Notes: generated by a model from the sequence alone, not told the origin. DNA of 64,000 nt from Malacoraja senta (GCA_038087875.1 CM075998.1:3846001-3910000), one strand, 5' to 3'. Shown: positions 49,709 through 61,977, counted from the first letter of the stretch. Made by a program: numbers and translations.

Positions 49709-50292
49709 ATTATAGATCTATAATCTATTAGATTATATATTTATATAAGATTATAGATTATCATAATCTATAATCTTCATTGTAAATACAAAGAGAGGGC
49801 AAAAAGGGACATACTCTGTTTGGCTTGCTCTTTGTGCAAATGTGTAGTTGGTCCAACTTTTTAGAGTCGATTAGACGTGGATTAGAATTTGCTTTTTAAC
49901 CTGCACTATTTTTAACTACATGTAATCAAACTGAACGTAGATACCCTTCTTAATTATATCCAAAAATGTTTTGTAAAATTGCATTCTAAATTGGTGTCAA
50001 ATTATTTCCGTTCACAGTAGATTTTGCATATGATATAAAAATCAGTTTGAGGAAAATACTTGTGTCCAGATCACACATTGCATCTGAATCACACATTGAA
50101 TCTGTTTTAAATCTCTTAAAACAGATATCTATTAAATATGATGGCTCTGGTTGTGAAAATATGTTGCCTGTTAAAGGCTGGCACTGTGAAGGTTCTTGTT
50201 TATTTAAATTCTAAGCATTTGATTATATTTAGGCTCTATTGATATTGCATACAGGATAAAATTTTAATATCCTAATTTTGTTCTAAATTTAG

Positions 50293-50444
50293 TGATGTCC
50301 TTGCATTGCCAATCTTCAAACAGGAAGAGTCCAACTTGCCAGCGGAGGATGAGAATGAACTACTCCCGTTTCAATATGTCCTGTGTTCAGCGACTTCTCC
50401 GGCAGTAAAGCTCCATGATGAGACACTTACATACCTTAACCAAG
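50293..50444 (+). CDS. TFCP2: TFCP2 exon 2 (152 bp)
   Basis: tttag|T acceptor and G|gtaatg donor. Encodes [16 protein letters not shown]...[26 protein letters not shown]. Confidence 0.95.
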
Positions 50445-50703
50445 GTAATGCTTCATACTGCACAGCTCAATTTTCTAATTAAACCAATGTTACAGAGTTA
50501 TTTGGTGGGGGTGGTGGGGGCGGGGCAAACTCATTGAATTGCTTGATCAAAGATGGCAAGTGAACTGAGATGCTTCAAATGCAGCTCATTTCCGCATTCT
50601 GGATTTGGTTTCTTGCTACCTCTTCATATCGCTTTGTAAGCAAAGGGAAGCTTAATTTTGAATAAATGATTAAGTACAACATTCTGATTTGTTCTGTTTT
50701 CAG

Positions 50704-50780
50704 GGCAATCTTATGAAATTCGAATGCTTGACAATCGGAATATTGGGGAGTTGCCTGAAATCAATGGTAAATATGTGAAG
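50704..50780 (+). CDS. TFCP2: TFCP2 exon 3 (77 bp)
   Basis: tttcag|GG acceptor and AAG|gtgaga donor. Encodes (G)[25 protein letters not shown]. Confidence 0.95.
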
Positions 50781-51071
50781 GTGAGAGAAACAATGTTGGT
50801 GAAATGGTGGAGCTGCATTTGTTGCAAGATCCACTTGAGAAATACCATTTTGAATAGAGGGAGAAAAAAAAATATCTAAATGTGGTTCATCGCATCTTAT
50901 TGCCTGAACCATTAAACCTTTGGTAAAATAGTAGACAGAACAGTGGAGGTTCGTTAGGTCATTCTTCTGTATGGGAATTCTTTTGCTCATTGTAGTAAGC
51001 AATAAGCTTCCCTGAAACTTCCAGAACAAAACCTTTTTATTTGTGTCGGTTACCTTTGTGACAGGGGGATA

Positions 51072-53274
51072 TAGGCTGTGGGCCGAGGAGCTTTATTCCA
51101 GTGTTTCGTGACCCAAGTCACCAAACTACATGAAATTTTCACATATGGTGTAAAAAAAATCATATAAATCACCCCTGAAACTCGTCATGAACAAGACTTG
51201 CACATTTTCATTAAATTAGAGAAAAACCGGAAAATTTTCGGGTATTTTTAGTCCAATCAAAGCACGTTTAACATTGAGTTGTATGCCAGTTGGCCAATCA
51301 CGCGCTTTGTTTCAGGCTAGCTAGGCAGGGAGCACTGAGAGGGCTCCGATGAAGATTTTTTCTAGTTCTGTGGAATACATGTCGTGGAATCTTGCAGCAG
51401 GGTAATTGTATTTAGTGAGAAAAGCATGAAGAAGTCTGAAGAATGTGCAGCTAAGTGGAATAAAGTCTTGAAAGCAATGTCCCTGCCTGAGGTGCTGCTG
51501 TCAAATTTTGTGAATCAACTGGAACTGAAAAGGTAAGATCTAAAGTCTGAATTTATGAAAATTAATCTGTATGCACTTTAATTAATTTAATTGCACCTTT
51601 ATAATGTGAAAAAATGAGATTTGGAGGCTGTACATTCACTCATTCATTCACACATTCATTCACTTATTCATACACTCATTCATACATTCACCTGTTGCTA
51701 GCTGCCTCCGCCTTCAATTTTTTGTTTTTTTGGTATGTTTGAAGAGCGTTTTTTGTGGGGTTTTTAAAATGTTTTTATGTGGGGAAAGAGGGTACGATAA
51801 GGGGGATACCGTCCTTCAGTCGCTTCCTTGAGAGGATGTGACTATTATTCGCGTCCTCGCCCTCCCCCCCGCTCCGGCAGCAGCGGCGCAACGTTGGAAA
51901 CATCGCGGGGCGGGCGATGCCTTACCGGGGATCGCCGTTTTGGAGCTCCGCTGGGCCTGCTGCACCGACAGCGCGGAGCTGTGGTTCGCGGAGCTCCCAA
52001 CGCGGGCGGCGCTGAGCAACATCGCGGAGTCCTGCCACTCCACCCGGCTCGGCCTGCGGACTCCGGTGGGAGGTGACTGATCTGGAGGTCCGGGCCTGCG
52101 GACTCCGGTGGGAGGTGGCTGATCTGGAGGTCCAGGCCCTCTCGCCGGGAACGGTGGAACCCCGTAGCTGAACCCCGACGGAGAACATCCTCAGCGGCCT
52201 GGACCTCCAGATCAGTCACCTCCCACCGGAGTCCGCAGGCCGAGCCGGGTGGAGTCGCAGGACTCCGCGATGTTGGTCAGCGCCGCCCGCGTTGGGAGCT
52301 CCGGAGTGCTGGGCCTGCTGCACCGACAGCTTGATGCTGTGGTTCGCGGAGCTCCCAACCAGGGCGGCGCTGACCAACATCGCGGAGTCCGGATGATCTG
52401 GAGGTCCGGGCCGCTGAGGATGTTCTCCGTCGGGGTTCGGCGTCGGGGTTCCACCGTTCCCGGCGAGAGGGAATGAGCATCGGGCCGCCCGTGGCGGCGA
52501 TTGCGGGTGCTCGGGAGGCCCCGACCATGGGTGAACATAGAAACATAGAAACTAGGTACAGGAGTAGGCCATTCGGCCCTTCGAGCCTGCACCGCCATTC
52601 AATATGATCATGGCTGATCATCCAGCTCAGTATCCTGTACCTGCCTTCTCTCCATACCCCCTGATCCCTTTAGCCACAAGGGCCACATCTAACTCCCTCT
52701 TAAATATAGACCAACATCTGGGAAGATCGGCGGGGAGGCTGGCTGGTCTATGGTACCTTCCTTAACTTTGGTGCCGCTGTGGGATTATGTTGTGTGTGGA
52801 CTTCTGTGTTTGTGCTTTAAAAAAAAAAAAGTTTATTTATTTATTATTTATTTTTATGTTACTTGACTAAGGAAAATCCATTTCGTTGTCTCTAAAATGA
52901 GATAATGACAATAAATTGAATACAACAACAATTCACTCACTCACTCGTTCATTCACTCATTCATTCATGAAGTACATGAACTACATATATATATATATAT
53001 ATAGGTATAATCATATATAGTTTAAATGGACTGCAACACGGAAATAGGCTGCCCATGGTGTAATATGGGCATTGGCCACTAGATGGCGCTTACTTTCCCG
53101 ATCTTATTTTCGAATTAGTTTAATTAATTAATGTGCAGCTTTTGGCAATGACGAGTTATGACATCCTTCTCACTTATATTTCATCTAAATCTGTGGAAAA
53201 TTTCATGTAGTTTGGTGACTTGGGTCACGAAAACTGGATTCTAGACACATTTTTGATGCTCGGCCCACAGCCTA
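51072..53274. mobile_element. Non-autonomous TIR DNA transposon (Academ-like, tentative) with nested inserts
   Basis: Termini TAGGCTGTGGGCCGAG and CTCGGCCCACAGCCTA, plus an approximately 40-bp subterminal inverted block. ATA flanks both ends (51069-51071, 53275-53277). Confidence 0.8.
51691..52930 (+). mobile_element. CpG-rich retroelement with Rex1/Babar-type tail, internally rearranged
   Basis: Ends atttcgttgtctc...gagataatgacaataaa. Inserted in a cattcact-type simple repeat and contains a reverse CR1 tail at about 52534-52708. Confidence 0.6.
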
Positions 53275-54039
53275 ATATGGGTTTGCATGCTCGGATCAAG
53301 TTTTGTTTTTGTGCTGTTGTGTAACTTAGAGTGCAAAGAAGAGAGTACTATCTAAAATACATGAGCATTCCATTCTGATGTTTCTATTTATTTATCTTCC
53401 TCCCTTGTGTTTCCATTGTTTTCATTTTAAATCAAATTTGTTAGATTTTGTTTTTCCTCTTGATCTGCCATTATGTGACCGCATAGTCTTGAAGTACAAA
53501 TTGATGAATTAATGTAACTAGGTAAGAATTTCAAATGGCCACCTGTGGTGGAAGTAGTTGTTGTGTACTTAAAAGATAATGATGTCTGATTACTGCAGGG
53601 AGGTTACATGAAAACAGTTTTTTTCCCCCCAAGACAGCTATTTTTCTGATTGCCAATTTACAAAGTAACATTTAGGTAGTTATCTGGTTCACACTCAAAT
53701 TGTTATAAACAATTAAGCCTGCATAATGCCAATATTGTTCCCTAATTTATTGTTCACATTATATCCAATTTGAGTTGTGGGAACACGCGTTATAGCAGAA
53801 CTGCTGGCAGAACTTTTTTTTGCATGGCTTTTTCCCCCAGTGCTCTCTTCACTCTAATACAAGAACCATTGGTTATTATTTGAAATGATGTGACTTAAAT
53901 CCTCCTTTTTATTTTTGAAATCTATTGTACTAACACAGATGGTGATTGGGGTGGGGCGCGATGCTATTGCAGACACAGTAATATATTCTAAAAACTGACA
54001 ATAGACAATAAACTGCTGCTTTTTTTCCCCCCTCCCCAG

Positions 54040-54145
54040 AGTATAATCCGAGTGGTATTCCATGACCGCCGTTTACAGTATACTGAACACCAGCAATTGG
54101 AAGGATGGAGGTGGAACCGACCAGGAGATAGGATCCTGGATTTGG
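54040..54145 (+). CDS. TFCP2: TFCP2 exon 4 (106 bp)
   Basis: ccccag|AGT acceptor and G|gtatgt donor. Encodes [35 protein letters not shown]. Confidence 0.95.
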
Positions 54146-54970
54146 GTATGTTATATGTTGAGTGGACTTCACGCCAAGTCTGAATTTATTCTAACGAATG
54201 GTTTGATGGGGAATAAAGCTTAAATGTTTTATAAAACACTTACCTCAAACTTAATACAATCTAGCTGTTGTGGAAAGTGTTCCAGGGTAAACTGTCCTTG
54301 AAAAGTACCAGAGCATAGCCTGATTTTTAGGTAGATTTGGGACACTAAGAATTGGGACCATAAATGTCAGGCATAGCTACAGATATAGGAAGTTCGATTG
54401 GAAATTGGAATGATCCTTTTAAAACCTGGGATGACATTGGATTTATCCTGCTTTTTGTAAACAGAATGAAACCGGGAAACATTCTTCCATGTATACAGCT
54501 GGGATGTTGTCTAGTCCCATAATTTCTGTCCTTTTTAAGTTTATATTTCTTGATCACACGGAGTGAACTAAATTAGCTGAATTGTGTAATTTTATTTCTG
54601 ATGCAAGGTCGTAAAACTGGTGTGTTAATACTTTCTCGGCAGATGCTGTGTGGGGTATTTTCTCCTTTGCAAATTTACTAGTTACAGAGTCACAGCCATA
54701 CAGCACAGAAACATGCCCTTTAGCACAACTTGCACATGCCATACAAGGTGCCCCATCTACACTCGTCCCACTTGCTTGTGTTTGCCCCATGTCCCTCCTA
54801 AACCTTTCCTGTCCTTGTATCTGTCCAAACGTCCTTTAAATGTTATTATCGTACATACCTCAACTACCACCTCTGGCAGCTCGTTCCATATACCCACTAC
54901 CCTCTGTGAGGAAAAAATTTGCCCCTCAGATTCCTATTAAATCGTTCCCCACTGAACGATTTAATAGGAA

Positions 54971-55088
54971 TCGTTACCTTGACTAACTTTTCGTATCGTT
55001 ATTCGTTACCTTGACTAACTTTTCGTATCGTTATTCGTTACCTTGACTAACTTTTCGTATCGTTATTCGTTACCTTGACTAACTTTTT
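54971..55088. repeat. 32-bp tandem repeat, about 3.7 copies
   Basis: Unit tcgttaccttgactaacttttcgtatcgttat. Confidence 0.9.
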
Positions 55089-55401
55089 AAGGTGAGCCTT
55101 AAATTTTACCTCTCACCTTAAAAAGTTAGTCAAGGTCAATTCTTTTGGTAATGTTGTATCAAACCAGAAAGCTTAAAATGAAAGTGATGAAGAATAGAAT
55201 AAGTTTATTTCCAAGTAAAATTTGTAAACTCCACATTAGTTTTGTGCTTTTTCAACAATATTCTATGTTCCTGCTGATCTTTGCATCAATATTGCATTTT
55301 CTCTATTTGAGCAGATGAATGCACGAGAAGTAATGATCCATAATTAGCAATAATTTAGTCGTGGCTGTGTTCCTGCAATAAATCCCGTTTGTTTGCTTCA
55401 G

Positions 55402-55508
55402 ATATTCCATTGTCAGTAGGCATTGTTGACCCCAGAGCAAATCCAACACAACTAAATACAGTGGAGTTTCTTTGGGATCCTTCAAAGAGAACTTCTGTAT
55501 TTATCCAG
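55402..55508 (+). CDS. TFCP2: TFCP2 exon 5 (107 bp)
   Basis: cttcag|AT acceptor and CAG|gtatga donor. Encodes (D)[35 protein letters not shown]. Confidence 0.95.
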
Positions 55509-56053
55509 GTATGATTTCTGCTTGCTTAAAGTTTAAGTTATATATTACTTGGGCAAGTTGCATTACAGTTTTTTTTGTGCAGGTAATAATACAAATAGAA
55601 AACACTACTTGTATGTATTGATCTTTTCTATTTTAATTGGTTTATTCCGTGGTGATTTTGTTTGTTTTTGTGTACTACCATTGCACTTAGTCACAGTGGG
55701 AAGATGCCCCCCTGGCCTAACCTAACCGATCCAACAGGTCATACAAATAGACTAAGTTGTTTCTAGACATTTTTTGGGGGGAAACTTGTGGGAAAAATGT
55801 TTGGCCAAGCTAGAATGGAGAGTTCTCCTGATGACTTCATGATTGTTGGGACACATTGAATTTGGCCATGCTTTTTGAATTTGATCTTAAGTTTTAACAA
55901 TGCTCCTGATAATGCAGATGAAAAAGCTCTTGAATGCAGTTATTTATTTTGGGACCTCTAATGGGATGCGTGGTGAGAACAAAGCTTGGGTTGAAGTAAT
56001 TTCCCCCCTATTTTTTGATGCTTTTTCCTCATTCATGTATCTTGTTTCCTTAG

Positions 56054-56206
56054 GTGCATTGCATTAGTACTGAATTCACAACTAGGAAACACGGAGGAGA
56101 AAAAGGAGTGCCTTTTCGGATTCAAATAGATACGTTCAAGGAGATTGAGAGCAGTGAATATACAGAGCATCTTCATTCAGCTAGCTGTCAAATCAAAGTA
56201 TTCAAG
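56054..56206 (+). CDS. TFCP2: TFCP2 exon 6 (153 bp), CP2 DNA-binding domain
   Basis: ccttag|GTG acceptor and AAG|gtatgg donor. Encodes [28 protein letters not shown]...[13 protein letters not shown]. Confidence 0.96.
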
Positions 56207-57344
56207 GTATGGAAGATAGGCTACATTGCTTTGTGACCAATGCTGCTTTTCCTGATTGCTATGATGTTTGTTGATCAGTGTCATGGACATTCTAATTTAA
56301 AATAAACTGTAAATGGATAATGAGCCGCTTTTAAAGAGGATGTAGTCTGAAACAATTCAGGAACTTTCTATTGAGAAGGAAGGATAGACTGACAAACTAG
56401 AGTTCCCTGGGTGACAAATTTAAGGGCACATGTCAGGTTGGCAATGCGAAAGGGAGATATAGTTGGCTATAGGAAGGTCAAACTAAAAGTGTAAAAGAAA
56501 ATAAGTGGAGCAGGCAAAGTCTGGCGGTAAACCTGAAGCTAACCTAAGAGAAAATCAAAAAGACTTCTATGGGCACGTACAGTAAATTTGTAAGAAGAAA
56601 CAAGTTAGGGCCCAATTATGGAGGTACCGGAGGTCATTTGGTCCAGTATAGTTTAATAAAGGAAAACCAGCACTCCGAGGAGCTGTTGTGACATATTCAA
56701 TGAAACAAATCCTACTGAGTGGAGTCGTGGTTCCAGCTGGAGCACTGTCTGTGATGTATCAGAACCCAAATGGAAATCTGCAGCATTTCTACTTTAAGAT
56801 GTAACTGACAAAATAACTTTCAAAGTAGTTACATATCTGAAGCTTGGACTACTTGACGTTGATTTGAGAAGAAGTGAAGCTCCCACTGATGGAACAAAAG
56901 TTGTTAACAGCTCAAACAATGGATATTCTCTTCATAGCACTTGATGGCTGCAGACTGTGAACATTTCAGTATTTCAACAGCACCAAATGAGGCATGTAAC
57001 CAAATTTATATATAGATACAAATATTTGTTACACAATGCAACCTGTCTAACCCCCTTTCTTCTGCACCACACTCTTAGAGAAAAGATGCTCCGTATGAAT
57101 AGTCTTTTCCTGGAACCGTTGGTTTCTTGGCACTTTCTCAACTGCGTGCTCTTTGTTTGATGTTATTCTTCTTTTCCTCGCCATCCCCATTTACCCCACC
57201 ATGATTTACCATTTGGTTCTGAGGGTGCACTAGTCTGATTAATGTTCATAGTTCGTTATAACGTCCTCCTTGGTATTCTGAATATTATGTGCTGCTCTAG
57301 TAAGATGCTATGAAAGTGTAGCAAGCGATATCTATTAGCAAATA

Positions 57345-57483
57345 CTGTGCATTCAGAAAGTATTCAGACCCCTTCACTTTTTCCACATATTGTTACGTTA
57401 TACAGCCTTATTTTAAAATGGATTAAATTCATTTTTTTATCAATCGACATACAATACCCCAGAATGAAGAAGCAAAAGCAGGT
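57345..57483 (+). mobile_element. Tc1 terminal fragment (second family)
   Basis: TA followed by ctgtgcattcagaaagtattcagacccct..., recalled as a fish Tc1 TIR. No partner end was found. Confidence 0.7.
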
Positions 57484-57699
57484 GTTGTTTGGCACCCCCC
57501 CCCCCCCCTCTCTCAGTTGCAGTATGTCCTTTCCTGAGTTGGGATATCTGACCTGTGTACATTATTCTAGATTCTCTTGCCAGTCCCCTATTTATTTGAT
57601 ACATGATATCACCACTTTTGTAGTAAAATTCTCTTCCAAATAAGAGCAGTATAAGACCTGCTTGCTTTATCTACTTGAGCCAGGAAGTCATGATACAGC

Positions 57700-58480
57700 T
57701 TGACTTTGGATCGGGAGAATTTGAAGTATTTTGTGCAGTTCTGATCACCCCATTACAGGAACGATGTGGAGGCTTTGGAGAGGGTGCAGAAGAGGTTTAC
57801 CAGAATGCTGCCTGTATTAGTGGGTATTAGCAGTCAGGAGAGGTTGGACAAACGTGGATTGTTTTCTCTGGCATGCTGGAGGTTGAGGGGAGACCTGATA
57901 GAAGTTTATAAAATGAGAGATGCAGATAGGCTAGGCGGTCAGAATCTTTTTCCCAGGATAGAAATATTAAAGACTATGGGCCATAGCTTTAAGATGTGAG
58001 GGGCAAAGATTGTCTTTTTTTTATTTTGCAGAGGGTGGTGAGTGCCTGGGACGTGCTGCCAGTGGTGGCGATTGAGGCAGATACGATAATGGCATTTAAG
58101 AGTCTTAGTTAGGTACATGGATTTAATTTTTTTTAATTGAATTTGAATTTAAATATACTGCATGGAAACAGGCCAATTAATCTACGAACCCGCACTTCTG
58201 TACGTGGGAGGAAACCGGAGCATTCGGAGAAAAGTCAAGCGGTGACAGGGAGATCGTGCAAACTCCACACAGACAACACCCGAGGTCAGGATCGAACCCG
58301 GGTCTCAGGTGCTGTGAGGCAGCCGCTCTACCAGCTGCACCGCTGTGCTGGGAATGAGGATGTACCGGGAGTGGAGGAACATGGGTCATTGTGAAGGCAG
58401 CAGAGATGAGTTTATCTTGGCATTCTGTTCCACGCAGATATTGTGGGCCAAAGGGCCTGTTTCTGTGCAGTACTGTTCTA
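57700..58480 (+). mobile_element. CR1 3' fragment interrupted by a reverse SINE (about 58150-58350)
   Basis: Encodes EALERVQKRFTRMLP...RLRGDLIEVYKM. The SINE is on the minus strand and the CR1 tail resumes at about 58351. Confidence 0.75.
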
Positions 58481-58977
58481 TGAGAAGGTAGTGGTGAGCT
58501 GCCTGCTTGAACTGCTGTGGTCCTTTGCCTGCCAGTTATCAAGGCAGAAGAGAATTGTCTTTGGGGGGGGGGGGGGGGGCCTTTTTCACTTGGGCTGTGT
58601 TCATTTGTAGACAAGATGCAGGCAGAATTCATGGTCTATGTATTTCTTTTATTTGTATATCTTCCTGCCTGTCTGATGTATGCTGATCTGGTTCTCTGTT
58701 ATTAAAGGTGCATACTATTTTTCTGAATGAAGTGTTGAATCCAGATGCTGGCCCATAGTCAGCAGAGGAGTGAGTGAATGCTGTTCAGTCTTCATTCAAT
58801 TTTCTTTTGCATCTGGGGATGATCCCCTATTTTGTTACTTATTTATTTTGGGGTATATATATTTTTTTTAAAAGACAATGAAAATGGAACAGTAGTTATT
58901 TTTTGGGAAATAAACCTTCACAGTCTGCTCTTAATCATGAAGATTTATGTGTCTCGAACAGTTTAACCATCATATAC

Positions 58978-59837
58978 TTATGAGAGTAAGTCTGAGGTCA
59001 TCCTTCTCGGCCCCTCGGACTCAATCAAAATGATAGCAGGCAGCCTTGGAAGCCTTACCCCACTACTCAAACCTCACGTCAAAAACCTTGGCGTGATATT
59101 TGACTCAGGATTGAAATTTGACAAACAAGTCAATGCCGTGGTAAAAGCTAGCTTCTTTCAGCTTCGGACGATAGCTAAAATAAAACAATTCCTGCACTTT
59201 GATGACCTCGAAAAGATCATCCACACATTTATGTCTTCTCCCGCCTAGATTACTGCAACTCCCTTTACACTGGCATCAGCCAATCTTCCATGTCCTGCCT
59301 GCAACTGGTCCAAAACGCCGCAGCGAGACTCCTGACGGGCACCCGAAAAAGGGACCACATCACCCCGATCCTGGCCTCTCTCCACTGGCTCCCTGTGCGG
59401 TTCCATATACATTTCAAGATCCTCCTCTATGTCTACAAAGCCCTCAATGGGCTTGCCCCCACCTACATTAAAAGTCTTCTCACCCACCACTCCACCTCCA
59501 GGTCCCTCAGATCGGCCGACTTGGGGTTGCTGAATATCCCGCGGTCTAGGCATAAGCTCAGGGGCGACAGCGCCTTTGCGGTTGCAGCTCCTAGACTGTG
59601 GAACAGCATCCCCTTCCCATCAGAACTGCCCCCTCCATCGACTCCTTTAAGTCAAGACTAAAAACTTATCTATACTCCCAAGCCTTTCTTGACGTCCTCT
59701 GAGCGAGGGCTACATGTATATATGTATGTAGTTTGTTTGTCTATACTATTCTTATAACAAATGTAAAGCACTTTGGCCAACGAGAGTTGTTTTTTAAATG
59801 TGCAATATAAATAAATGTGACTTGACTTGACTTGACG
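58978..59837 (+). mobile_element. L2-clade LINE 3' fragment
   Basis: Encodes VKNLGVIFD, RLDYCNSL, LQLVQNAAARLLT, HITPILASLHWLPV and AFAVAAPRLWNS. Tail tgtaaagcactttg...aataaa(tgact)n. Confidence 0.93.
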
Positions 59838-59923
59838 ATGGTTGTAAAAATGGACTGTAGGTAAGACCATTTGAATGTTATTTGTTCTCAGTTTTTTTTG
59901 TATTGCATCTGATTTGTTTGCAG

Positions 59924-60034
59924 CCAAAAGGTGCTGATAGAAAACAGAAAACCGACAGGGAAAAAATGGAGAAACGAACTCCTCAAGAGAAGGAAAAGTA
60001 TCAACCTTCTTATGATACAACTATTCTCACAGAG
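59924..60034 (+). CDS. TFCP2: TFCP2 exon 7 (111 bp)
   Basis: ttgcag|CCA acceptor and GAG|gtatgc donor. Encodes [37 protein letters not shown]. Confidence 0.95.
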
Positions 60035-60516
60035 GTATGCCTACTGCCAAACGAGATCTAGGTACTGGTTTTCAGAAACCTGTTGGGTCTGTTTTTTTGG
60101 TAAGCTTGTAAAATGTTTTGCTGTGAATTGTTAAACTGGAGTGGAGAGGAACAGGCAGCCTAATTGGCTTGTTAATATGCATTTTGGTTTATGTTTTGGT
60201 CATTGTTATTTGTGAAGCAATTTTACATATGCAGAATAAATTGCAATAAAGCATCTAAGGTAACCAATGTTATCTGGGCATGGTCTGGTCTATTTGACAT
60301 TGCAACAATTCTCCACCATAACCACTTCTTCGCCCCCTACTATCCAAAGGGATGAAGTCTTGAGTGTTTTGCATGGCTTGAAATAGGTGTATATTTCAAT
60401 GCAAAATAAACTACACAGTAAACTGAAGAGATCTGTTAATACTTAATTAAATGTAATGTACGTGTTTAATGTGGGAAAATTATCACATTGATTTATGTGT
60501 TTAATTGGCTTTCCAG

Positions 60517-60605
60517 TGTTCTCCCTGGCCAGATATTTCCTACGTTAACAACACAGCATCTCCTGGATTTACCAGTTCACATGGCAGTTTTACCATTGCT
60601 GAAGG
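60517..60605 (+). CDS. TFCP2: TFCP2 exon 8 (89 bp)
   Basis: ttccag|TGT acceptor and GG|gtatgt donor. Encodes CSPWPDISYVNNTASPGFTSSHGSFTIAE(G). Confidence 0.93.
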
Positions 60606-60692
60606 GTATGTCTCATTATTGCCGTGTACTTATCAATACAATTTCCAGCATTTCAGAGTTATTTTTAATATAAATTGTCCATTTAATTTCAG

Positions 60693-60741
60693 GAATGGAT
60701 CCCCTCATCATCAGCCTGACCCAGTTCCTGCAACCCCTGAT
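60693..60741 (+). CDS. TFCP2: TFCP2 exon 9 (49 bp); gene continues beyond the window
   Basis: tttcag|G acceptor and GAT|gtaagt donor. Encodes NGSPHHQPDPVPATPD. No exon 10 (NLLP...QQWL) was seen before 64000. Confidence 0.92.
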
Positions 60742-61977
60742 GTAAGTGGCTTTTTCTAGCATTCAACATATGCTTCAACGTTGATCACAATAAACTTGGG
60801 GAATTTTGTGCATCATTTAATGTTCCAAGCCAGGTTTTCATTATTAACCCCATAGTTTCCGTTTTGGATGATCAACCATTCTAAGCTTTGCATGTCTTGG
60901 AGGAAATTTGATTCAATAAACGCATCCAGTTCTGAATTCTTGGAACTTTTGGGTACTGGATATTTAATTCTAGCCTGCCAAAATTGTGGCTGCCCTCCCC
61001 CAACATGATCACATTGAATGGCGGTGCTGGCTCGAAGGGCCAAATGGCCTACTCCTGCACCTATTGTCTATTGTCTAACATGCTTGACTTCTTGGTATCT
61101 TTTTTGTTGCATTCTACTTTTCATCCTCGTACTTTTATAATGTACAATCAGTAGTTTATACAGACATCTGTACTTGCCTTTCTTATGAAGGTATGTAATG
61201 GTGGAGTTGGCTGTTAATGAGGATAATTATTGAAATTTAATTTCTTGTGTCGCGAGCAATCCACTTGAACGTTTGTGGAACAAAGTCTAGAGCTGTTCCA
61301 TGGACTATTAATACCCTTGCCCATTTAACAATTTGTATGTTATCCTGGATGTTGGAAGGGCGGTTTGACACTGGAGGACTGGGCAACCTCCACAACACAT
61401 GTCGCCTAACTCTGACTACTCTGCTAATGTAGAAACCAGGAATGTAGAATGCTGTTTTACAAAATAAGGCGCAAAGTGCTGGAGTAACTCGGCACGTTGG
61501 GCAACATCACTCAAGAACATGGAAAGGTGACGTTTTTGGTTTGGGACCCTTCTTCAATCCCTATAAAAGGTCACCTATCCATGTTCTCCAGAGATACTGC
61601 CTGAGTTACTCCACCACTTTGTGTCCTCTACTACGCTAATAGTATTGAGACAAGTGTTTTCCTGATCTTTTAAAACATACCAGTGAACTTAAGGCTATGA
61701 CAATTGAATTGGTGAAGGGACATTTACTTGAATGTATTTCTTATTTTGGGGGGTATCTTCACATTATAGAGGTAAAACTATAATTGTGGGTGAGGAAAAC
61801 TAAACTTGTAGTTGACTAAGTTTAAGCTGTTGGGATTGGGTGTGTTGAGAAAATAACTTAAGGAATATGGTAAAAAGCAAAATAAGATTTACATGTAAAA
61901 TGCAATTGAAAGGGCGGTAGATTTGCAAAGCTGATCATATAACACAAGTAGGAATGGGCGACGTTTCGGGTCGAGAC

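Noticed and set aside
60035..60516. UBP1/LBP-1b-type extra exon between exons 7 and 8
   Set aside because: No matching reading frame with splice sites was seen.
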